Origin: Acidobacteriota bacterium
GTDB lineage: Bacteria; Acidobacteriota; Thermoanaerobaculia; Multivoradales; UBA5704
Direction of reading: 5' to 3'
Assembly: GCA_040005235.1 (NCBI GenBank)
Contig: JBDTZG010000071.1
Location: 1-26,059 of the forward strand
Length of the DNA: 26,059 bases
A model generated the notes under the pieces. That model saw only the letters and a program-made list of their open reading frames with translations, did no database searches and had not been told where the DNA came from. Shown here one piece after another: positions 8,371-15,044 of the stretch. The translations under genes and the position numbers were made by a program. The first letter of the stretch is position 1. Every line of letters begins with the position of its first letter.

Positions 8371-8761
8371 TCGCCCTCGCGAGCTTCTCCTCCTGCTCCA
8401 AATCCGCCTCGATCTCCGCCTGATGGGCGGCACCGAACGAGAGCGCCTCTTCGACCTGATCGAGTCGAAGACTGTACTCGCGAGCGATCTCTTGGGGTGA
8501 CCAGTTCCAGGCCGTGCTCGCGGCCCAAATCGTGCGAACCCGCATTCCCGACCCGCGAAGGGTGGCGATCGGTGAGCCCGAAGCTCCCTTGCGGTAGGTG
8601 ATCTGCGGAAAGCCCGGGTCGTCCAGCCCCCGGGACAGCCCGCCGACCTTCTCGGCCACCGCCCAGAGGATGAACTGATTCAGAGAGACGCCCTGCTCGT
8701 CCGCGAGCCGCTCGGCGTCTTGCTTGAGATTGCTGGGGAGACTGAGGGAGTAGCGGGACAT
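8363..8761 (-). CDS. Antitoxin with N-terminal ribbon-helix-helix and C-terminal DUF433 domain
   Basis: RHH-like 'SLSLPSNLKQDAERLADEQGVSLNQFILWAVAEK' plus DUF433-like 'LRGSGMRVRTI...SPQEIAREYSLRLDQVEEAL'; AGGAG RBS. Confidence 0.82.
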   Translation of the reverse strand: MSRYSLSLPSNLKQDAERLADEQGVSLNQFILWAVAEKVGGLSRGLDDPGFPQITYRKGASGSPIATLRGSGMRVRTIWAASTAWNWSPQEIAREYSLRLDQVEEALSFGAAHQAEIEADLEQEEKLARASA

Positions 8762-8947
8762 CGCGTTGCTCCTATCGGTAGGCTACGGCCACCTTTGAGG
8801 TCGCGGGCGACATCGTATCAGGCATCAGCGGCGGCTGAGTTTATGGCCACGGTCGAGCGAGGCCTAAGGCCGGGATCCTGGCCCCGCCCCTGGGAATTCG
8901 CCAGATACCGTCTGGTGAATCTCTCCTGCCTCTCGTGTTTCACCGGC

Positions 8948-8977
8948 TAGACGAGTGTAACCCGACGCGCTACACTC
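8948..8977 (+). promoter_or_regulatory. higBA promoter with overlapping palindromic operator
   Basis: TAGACG (8948-53), 17-nt spacer, TACACT (8971-76). Inverted repeat GAGTGTAAC-N7-GCTACACTC (8953-8977) covers the spacer and the -10 box. Confidence 0.7.
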
Positions 8978-8983
8978 TCGCTC

Positions 8984-9259
8984 GTGATCCGGAGCTTTCG
9001 GCACAAGGGCCTCAAGGAATTGTTCGAGCTAGGTGCTAGCCGCCACGTCCGGCCCGACCTCGGGTCTCGCGCCCTTCGGCGCTTGGATGTGCTGGACGAA
9101 GCCTCAGACCTTCAGGATCTCCGGATTCCCGGCTTCGATTTTCATGCTCTGAAGGGCAAGCCACAACGCTATAGCCTTCACGTCAATGGGCCCTGGTGCG
9201 TAACCTTCGAATGGGAATCGGGCGAAGCGGTTCGCGTTGATCTCGAGCAGTACCACTGA
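8984..9259 (+). CDS. higB: HigB/RelE-superfamily toxin (plasmid maintenance killer type)
   Basis: 'MIRSFRHKGLKELFE...L..PGFDFHALKG...YSLHVNGPWCVTFEW...VDLEQYH'; toxin-first gene order. Confidence 0.92.
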   Translation: MIRSFRHKGLKELFELGASRHVRPDLGSRALRRLDVLDEASDLQDLRIPGFDFHALKGKPQRYSLHVNGPWCVTFEWESGEAVRVDLEQYH

Positions 9260-9280
9260 GCCCAAGGCAAGGAGAAAAAT

Positions 9281-9598
9281 ATGCCGCAAGAGTTGATCGC
9301 TGAGCGCCACCGCCGCGCGCCGACGCACCCGGGCGCCGTTCTACGGGAGGACGTACTTCCCGCCCTCGGCTTGACGGTCAGCGAAGCTGCGCGGCAGTTG
9401 CGGGTGACCCGCCAGACGCTCCACCGCGTCCTTTCGGAAACCTCGGGAGTCTCGCCTGAAATGGCGATGCGACTCGGTAAGTTCTGCGGCAACGGAGCGG
9501 GTATCTGGCTCCGACTCCAGCAGGCTCACGACCTTTGGTTGGCCGAGCGCTCCATGCAGGAGGAGTTAGAGAAAATCCCTTCGCATCGGGCCGCTTGA
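9281..9598 (+). CDS. higA: HigA antitoxin (XRE HTH)
   Basis: 'PTHPGAVLREDVL..LGLTVSEAARQLRVTRQTL..V....GVSPEMAMRLGK..G.GAGIWLRLQ'; AAGGAG RBS. Confidence 0.93.
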   Translation: MPQELIAERHRRAPTHPGAVLREDVLPALGLTVSEAARQLRVTRQTLHRVLSETSGVSPEMAMRLGKFCGNGAGIWLRLQQAHDLWLAERSMQEELEKIPSHRAA

Positions 9599-9610
9599 CT
9601 GGCGAATCTT

Positions 9611-10072
9611 CTATTCCGATCCCGGAACCACGACTTCGATGTCTTCGGCTCCAAGCCTCTCGAAATGAACCCGGTTGAAGGTAAGGATTCGCCGAGCACC
9701 TCCCTTCCGCGCGCAGGCCAGGATCAGAGCGTCGTAGCTCGATCCACCGGTGATGGGGCGACGACTGAGCTCATCGATCAGGTCCCAGGCTTCGCTTCCT
9801 TCGAGGCTGACGAGGACGCAGCGGCTTCGCAGCGAGGCGTCGAGGATCTCGAAAGCGTTCTTCGCACTCAGCCTATGGGGAGGGGGGATCCGCGTCATGA
9901 CCGCGTAGGCCTCCACAAGAGCGTGGGCGGGGAGTACGACAGAGGCTCGACTTTCCAATAGTTCTGAGAGCGCGGCCGAGGCCGCAGCGTGGTGCTGGTG
10001 CCAGGAGAGGAGGCCGGCGATCAGTACATTGGTATCGAGAGCCGTAGCGGGAAGAATCCTGCTACGCCCCAT
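9611..10072 (-). CDS. vapC: VapC PIN-domain toxin
   Basis: PIN acidic residues in 'LDTNVLIA', 'ALVEAY', 'YDALILACA', 'LTFN..HF'. ATG at 10072 overlaps the antitoxin 3' end. Confidence 0.88.
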   Translation of the reverse strand: MGRSRILPATALDTNVLIAGLLSWHQHHAAASAALSELLESRASVVLPAHALVEAYAVMTRIPPPHRLSAKNAFEILDASLRSRCVLVSLEGSEAWDLIDELSRRPITGGSSYDALILACARKGGARRILTFNRVHFERLGAEDIEVVVPGSE

Positions 10073-10328
10073 GCTCGCGGAGCTCCCGAAGAACCGCATC
10101 CACGGTCGCTGCCTCAAGCGACGCGCCTTCTTCCACCGGGACCGCGATCCGCAAGGGACCTTTCTGGACAATCCGGATTTCCCGCGGAGCCGGTTCGATC
10201 TCGATTCTCCCCTCCCGGACCCGTAAGTTGAGCGTCATTCCTGACTGCACCCCCGCCTCATCGCGTATCGCCTTGGGAAGCACCAATCGGCCGGAAGCAT
10301 CGATGGTAGTCTGGATGGAACTTTTCAT
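10062..10328 (-). CDS. vapB: AbrB/MazE/SpoVT-family antitoxin (VapB)
   Basis: Swapped-hairpin motif 'TTIDASGRLVLPKAIRDEAGVQSG..L.LRVREGRIEIEP'. Confidence 0.9.
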   Translation of the reverse strand: MKSSIQTTIDASGRLVLPKAIRDEAGVQSGMTLNLRVREGRIEIEPAPREIRIVQKGPLRIAVPVEEGASLEAATVDAVLRELREHGA

Positions 10329-10369
10329 GGCAGAAAGATTACCATGGCGGCGGAGCGGCGCATGCCACG

Positions 10370-10633
10370 GTGGAGGCTCAGCGAGGCAACCTGCGGGTGG
10401 CGGTGAAGGCTCGCCGCGATCTCGCGGTTCGTGGTGGCGCGGTCCATCGCCGGCTGTCGGCGCTGGTTGCCGCCCACACCGGCTTCAACAATCCGATCCT
10501 CGTCACCTACGGCATGAACCCGGAGAGCAACGTCCGGCGGGGCAAGCGGAAGACCAAGGAACAGAAGGCGAAGGAGAAGGAAGCATTGCACCTGAAGGTC
10601 TTGCAGGAAATGGCGGGCCAGGCCACCGCCTGA
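10370..10633 (+). pseudogene. Probable C-terminal remnant of a helical hypothetical protein
   Basis: Coding-like codon usage with protein ...HRRLSALVAAHTGFNNPILVTYGMNPE...KRKTKEQKAKE, but no RBS; upstream the frame runs directly into the vapB promoter. Confidence 0.45.
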
Positions 10634-10707
10634 TCCGTTGGGGGGCGGTCCGCGACGTGCGGGTCGCCCTTTTTACACACTCATTCTGCGCTCTCAAGGA
10701 ATGCGGT

Positions 10708-11406
10708 ATGCTTCACCGAATGAACAACAGAGCACGGCCAACTGAATCCGCGCTGGATCCAACGCCTGTCGGGGACGGAGAAACCGTCGAATCCGCCGGA
10801 GGGGGACCGACCCAAGCGTCCAAGGGGGGTCGTCCCCGCGGGGGCGGGCGCCGGATCGCGCCTCTCGAGCCCGATCCCGCGGCGTCGAATGCCGATTCGG
10901 TGATCCTTCGCGCCCGCAAACTGCTGGAGCGCCTGATCCGGACCGCCGGATACGGCTGGCGCGACATTGACCGGATGATCGAAAAAAATCGCGGATTCAC
11001 CGCGCACCTCCTCTCCAAGCGCGAGGGCCTACCGCTCAACGAGCTGCTGGCGATCCTCGACGCGATCGACGTCCGGTACGAGGATTTCTTCGCGGTGCTG
11101 TTCCCGAAGTTCGACAAGCCGCGCTTCAAAAAACCGGTCGGCGAAGGAATGTTCGACCTGCTGGGCGACCTGGGAGTCCCGGAAGCGCCCCCAGAAGACG
11201 AAGAGGATCGCGACGAGCGAACCCGCGCGATCTGGAGCCGTCTCGGCCGGATCACCGCGATGATCGATCAACGGGTCCTCACCCTGATGGAAAGCGCGCT
11301 GGGAGAGCCGCTCCAGCTACCGCCCCGCCCAGCGGCCCGGCCAGCCGAAGCGACGGAACCCGCAGCCCCAACCGGCGGCCCGGGCAAGCCGGCGAGCGAG
11401 GACTGA
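10708..11406 (+). CDS. Hypothetical protein with a degenerate XRE/Cro-like HTH and disordered termini
   Basis: Core 'ARKLLERLIRTAGYGWRDIDRMIEKNRGFTAHLLSKREGLPLNELLAILDAIDVRYEDFF' follows XRE helix spacing. Start is 10708 (AAGGA RBS) or 10720. The longer ORF-track start overlaps vapB and is not credible. Confidence 0.65.
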   Translation: MLHRMNNRARPTESALDPTPVGDGETVESAGGGPTQASKGGRPRGGGRRIAPLEPDPAASNADSVILRARKLLERLIRTAGYGWRDIDRMIEKNRGFTAHLLSKREGLPLNELLAILDAIDVRYEDFFAVLFPKFDKPRFKKPVGEGMFDLLGDLGVPEAPPEDEEDRDERTRAIWSRLGRITAMIDQRVLTLMESALGEPLQLPPRPAARPAEATEPAAPTGGPGKPASED

Positions 11407-11424
11407 GGGACCGGCGGGACGCTC

Positions 11425-11513
11425 AGTAGGGCGAAAGCGCTTTTCTTGGGCTCGCCATGCGGCGAGCCGCTGCTAGGGTGCAAATGCCAGATCTATGGCG
11501 AAACCGCCCTACT
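11425..11513. repeat. Degenerate GTAG-type REP doublet
   Basis: AGTAGGGCG (11425-33) and CGCCCTACT (11505-13) are perfect inverted ends. An internal perfect hairpin GGCTCGCC-ATGC-GGCGAGCC lies at 11449-11468. Confidence 0.5.
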
Positions 11514-11598
11514 CCAAACGACCCTGACATTCGCCGGGTTCGGGTCGAAATCGAAACAACCCTAAGTAACAAAGGCTTTTCTTGACTGTGCAGGTCCG

Positions 11599-11613
11599 TG
11601 GCGCGGTCTTTGC
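11599..11613 (+). promoter_or_regulatory. Putative sigma54 (-24/-12) promoter
   Basis: TGGCGC-GGTCT-TTGC has exact GG-N10-GC spacing, about 70 nt upstream of ATG 11685. An AT-rich IHF-like tract lies at 11563-11583. Confidence 0.6.
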
Positions 11614-11684
11614 GGTAGAGCCGAGGGGCGGGTGGCATGCCTGCTCAAGCTCAACGCCCAAATCTCTCTCAAGGGGACCTGACC

Positions 11685-13457
11685 ATGAAGTACCGCATCT
11701 TCCTCTGGATCGCAATTTTTCTCGCCTCTTTGGCGGCCCCCACCGTTGCGCAGCCAATCCCTCCACCGCCCCCTTGTTGTTGGCCCCCTCCCTGCAACTG
11801 CAACTGTCTCACGCCGCCTCCTCACATGGTGGGTTGGTGGACGCTCGATGAGGCGGGTCCGAAGTACTTGGACCGGGCACTCGGCAACACCGGTACGGGA
11901 TTCAACACCATCGCCTTGACGGGAACCGGAATCAACGGGGGGGCCGTTACCTTCGACGGGGTCGGCAGCAACATCTCGGTCGCCGATGGACCGGCGGTCA
12001 ACTTCGGTACCGGCGACTTTTCCGTCGATCTCTGGGTGAGAACGAGCTTCAACGAATTCAGTACACGGACGATCCTCGACAAGAGATCCAACGACCTCCG
12101 GGGTTATCACCTTTGGCTGTATCGGGGTTTGCTTGGAATTCAGATCGCCGACTCGGCGGGCTACACCAACTATGGCTCGAACCTTTTCATCGCCACCGGA
12201 ACCTGGAACCACGTCGCGGTGACAGTGTCCCGAACCGCTCACGACGGCATTCGGTTCTATTTGAACGGCGTACAGGGATCCTCGACCGGCGACCCCACGC
12301 TACATCCCGATTCGCTGAGCAATACCGTGCCTTTGATCCTCGGCGGGCGCTCGGCGGCTTTCCCAGGGGCCAATTGGCGTGGAGACATGGACGAGATCGA
12401 GCTCTTCAATCGCGTTCTGCAGCCGGCCGAAGTGGCGGCAATCTACGGTGCCGGCTCGTCGGGCAAATGCAAGTGTGCCGCACTTAAGGTCTCGCCTCGC
12501 GCTTGGTGGCGGTTCGACGAGCCGGCCGGCTCCGCAACGGTTGTGGATTCCGGCGGCGATCCGCAGGGTCCGTTCGACGGCATGGTGCTGGGCGCTCAAG
12601 CCAATGCGGCCGGCCGGGTTCGAGGCGACTTGGTATTCAACGGCAGCACAGCTGCCGTGGGCGTTTCGAATGCAGTGCCCTTGGCGCTCAAGTTTTCCCC
12701 GGGCACCACGGGCGCATTCTCGATCGACGCTTGGGTGAAAACCACGGCGGCCTCGGGTCCGATCGTGACCCAAGTCAGCACAGATCCGCTCGACCGCGGA
12801 GCCAACGGGTACTCGTTCGGCTATTCCAACGGTCGGCTCAACTTCTCGGTGCAAGCCATCGACGCCAACTTCAACCTCACTTTTCTTAACGTGAGTTGCT
12901 CGACCTGTACCCCCGTCGACGACGGTAAGTGGCACCTGGTTGGGGTATCGCTCAGTTGGGGAATCAGTGGGAGCTTGGCCACCGCCACGCTCTTCGTGGA
13001 CGGAGCACCGGTTGCTTCTGCGACGGCTCCCCTGGCGGGAAGTGCGGGAGGCACCTTCCGCATCGGTTCACACGTTCGGACCAGCAGATTGCCGGACGAT
13101 ACCTACTTCAACGGCGAAATCGACGAGGTAGAGCTGTTCGATCGCGCGCTGACGCAGGCCGACTTCGCGTCCATCTTCGCCGCCGGTAGCGCCGGTAAGT
13201 GCCAGCCGTGCAATCTGGCCCCACGGGAAATCATGGCGTGTGGCACGCCCAACGCTCCAGGCTGTCCCGGAGGCGAGTTTTGCGACTTCTCTTCGAAATG
13301 CGGCACCGACACCTCCGGCGGTTTGTGCGCGGTCAGGCCGTTCGTCTGCTCGCCGGTTTCGGTGCCGGTCTGCGGCTGCGACAAATCAACCTACGCAAAT
13401 GCTTGCGAGGCCGCGGCGCGAGGAGTCTCCGTTCTGCATACCGGTCCGTGCCCATGA
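11685..13457 (+). CDS. Secreted protein with two LamG/ConA-like jelly-roll domains and a C-terminal Kazal-type domain
   Basis: Signal peptide MKYRIFLWIAIFLASLAAPTVA; two repeats with WW.(L/F)DE, FS(V/I)D.WV, W.HV/WHLV, NG/DG and G.(M/I)DE.ELF.R.L...AGS.GKC; C-terminal 'PVCGCDKSTYANACEA..GVSV.HTGPC'. Confidence 0.85.
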   Translation: MKYRIFLWIAIFLASLAAPTVAQPIPPPPPCCWPPPCNCNCLTPPPHMVGWWTLDEAGPKYLDRALGNTGTGFNTIALTGTGINGGAVTFDGVGSNISVADGPAVNFGTGDFSVDLWVRTSFNEFSTRTILDKRSNDLRGYHLWLYRGLLGIQIADSAGYTNYGSNLFIATGTWNHVAVTVSRTAHDGIRFYLNGVQGSSTGDPTLHPDSLSNTVPLILGGRSAAFPGANWRGDMDEIELFNRVLQPAEVAAIYGAGSSGKCKCAALKVSPRAWWRFDEPAGSATVVDSGGDPQGPFDGMVLGAQANAAGRVRGDLVFNGSTAAVGVSNAVPLALKFSPGTTGAFSIDAWVKTTAASGPIVTQVSTDPLDRGANGYSFGYSNGRLNFSVQAIDANFNLTFLNVSCSTCTPVDDGKWHLVGVSLSWGISGSLATATLFVDGAPVASATAPLAGSAGGTFRIGSHVRTSRLPDDTYFNGEIDEVELFDRALTQADFASIFAAGSAGKCQPCNLAPREIMACGTPNAPGCPGGEFCDFSSKCGTDTSGGLCAVRPFVCSPVSVPVCGCDKSTYANACEAAARGVSVLHTGPCP

Positions 13458-13472
13458 TGCGACCCGAAAGCT

Positions 13473-13508
13473 AAGAAAAGAGGGTGAGGCCCGCAAAGCC
13501 CCACCCTC
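13473..13508 (-). terminator. Intrinsic terminator on the minus strand
   Basis: Minus strand reads GAGGGTGGGGC-TTTGCGG-GCCTCACCCTC followed by TTTTCTT. Confidence 0.65.
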
Positions 13509-13784
13509 GAGGGTGTTGTTGCCAGGTCTCAAATCGAGGTCGGCATGCCACGAACCGACGTAGTCGCAGACGACGGCGTCCGATGCGATGTCGAGGATTT
13601 GGACGCGCTTGAATCCCAGGGCGTACTCGCCGAGAAACCGCCCTTCGATTCGGATGCGATCTTCCTCCTGTCGTGCGGACAGGTTGGGCCCGGCGATCTG
13701 ACAAGAGTAGATCAGGGCGCCGGGGATGAGCACCACCAGGATAAGGGCCACAACGCCGACGACTCTGAACGCCGTGGCCCTCAA
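13502..13784 (-). pseudogene. Probable 3'-truncated membrane-anchored hypothetical protein
   Basis: TTG start 3 nt after the DHFR-like stop, an N-terminal TM helix and about 90 plausible codons. The frame then runs through a terminator hairpin and 72 bp into the convergent LamG gene. Confidence 0.4.
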
Positions 13785-13787
13785 GGA

Positions 13788-14435
13788 TCACCGGGTCTTG
13801 CGCAGAAAGACGTGCGTGGCCCGTTTGCCCGCGACGGACTTCTCGCATTCGTAGCCCAGAGTGGGCATGTCGATGTCGTGAAGTAGGTGCTCCCCGGTGC
13901 CGAGGAGGACCGGTCGCAGGGCGAGATGCAGCTCGTCGATCAAGCCGGCCTGGAGGTATTGGCGGACGGTGGAGACTCCACCACCGAGGCGGACGTTTCG
14001 ATCTCCGGCGGCTTCTTTGGCCTGCTCCAGGGCGGAGTGAATTCCGTCGGTGACGAAACGGAACTCGGTCCCTCCCGCCATGTGGAGCGTTTCCCTTGGG
14101 TGATGTGTCAGCACGAAGACGGGCGTGTGGTACGGCGGCTCGTCGCCCCACCAGCCTTTCCAGCTGTCGTCCGGCCAGGGACCTCGGACGGGACCGAACA
14201 TGTTGCGGCCGAGGATCCAGGCGCCGAAATTTTCGAAGCCCAGCTCGGCCATTTCGTTGTCGATCCCGGTTTCGCCACCTTCACCCCCGTGCATCTGGGT
14301 CCAGACGCGAGTGGGGAAAAACCATTCCATCAGCTCGGGACCCCGCTCCCCGAGCGGATTCTCTAGGTTTTGATTCGGGCCGGCGCCGTAGCCGTCGAGC
14401 GAGATTCCGAAACTTCGGACGCAGAGTTTGGACAT
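13788..14435 (-). CDS. Dihydrofolate reductase / RibD C-terminal family protein
   Basis: Motifs 'ISLDGYGAGP', 'GAWILGRNMF', 'GWWGDEPPYHTPVFVLTHH', 'GGGVSTVRQYLQAGLIDE', 'PVLLGTGE'. ATG at 14435. Confidence 0.9.
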   Translation of the reverse strand: MSKLCVRSFGISLDGYGAGPNQNLENPLGERGPELMEWFFPTRVWTQMHGGEGGETGIDNEMAELGFENFGAWILGRNMFGPVRGPWPDDSWKGWWGDEPPYHTPVFVLTHHPRETLHMAGGTEFRFVTDGIHSALEQAKEAAGDRNVRLGGGVSTVRQYLQAGLIDELHLALRPVLLGTGEHLLHDIDMPTLGYECEKSVAGKRATHVFLRKTR

Positions 14436-14458
14436 GGGCGATGCCTCGATCCTGTCGC

Positions 14459-14923
14459 CTATTGCGTCAGCCCGGGTTCGTCCGGAATCTGCGCCTCGAC
14501 GAGTTTCGCGAGCAGTTTGAGCGATTCTTGCCAGCCGAGATAGCAGGCCTCGGCCGGAATAGCTTCGGGGATTCCTTCCTGCACGATGTTGAGCTCTGTG
14601 CCGACCGACACCGGCTTCAAGGTAATCGTGGTCTGCATTTCCCCGGGCAGGTTCGGGGAATCGAACGAATCCGTGTGCCGAATGCGTTCGTTGGGCACCA
14701 GTTCGAGATACTCCCCGCCGAAGGAGTGGCCGTTCCCGGTGGAGAAATTGGTGAAGGACATCTTGTACGTGCCGCCAACTTTGGCGTCCAGATGATGAAC
14801 CTTGCCGGTGAAGCCGTTCGGCGGAAGCCATTTGACCATGGCGTCGGGATCGAGGAAGGCTCGATAGATTCGCTCCGCGGGGGCGGTTAGGACTCGGTGA
14901 AGGCGAACGGTGTTGTTGGACAT
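14459..14923 (-). CDS. SRPBCC (AHSA1/START-like) domain protein
   Basis: 'LHRVLTAPAERIYRAFLDPDAMVKWLPP.GF', 'GGEYLELVPNERI', 'GWQESLKLLA'. ATG at 14923 with GAAGGG upstream. Confidence 0.9.
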   Translation of the reverse strand: MSNNTVRLHRVLTAPAERIYRAFLDPDAMVKWLPPNGFTGKVHHLDAKVGGTYKMSFTNFSTGNGHSFGGEYLELVPNERIRHTDSFDSPNLPGEMQTTITLKPVSVGTELNIVQEGIPEAIPAEACYLGWQESLKLLAKLVEAQIPDEPGLTQ

Positions 14924-15044
14924 GATCGTTTTTCCCTTCGGTGTGTGGGGTGGAATGGGCTTGAGGCCATTCGGTGAGATGTCGCGGCGCTCGTCGGTGT
15001 CGGCCTCAAGAACAAGTCTATGTTTCGGCGTTTGGGAGTGTCCA

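Noticed and set aside
8720-8950. 76-aa ORF between the DUF433 antitoxin and higB
   Set aside because: It overlaps the antitoxin start and promoter and has no RBS or motif. At most a degraded remnant; a weak hairpin near 8896-8920 is not enough to call.
10228-10707. N-terminal 160 aa of the 392-aa ORF
   Set aside because: It overlaps vapB and the gene remnant and looks like out-of-frame translation; better starts exist at 10708 or 10720.
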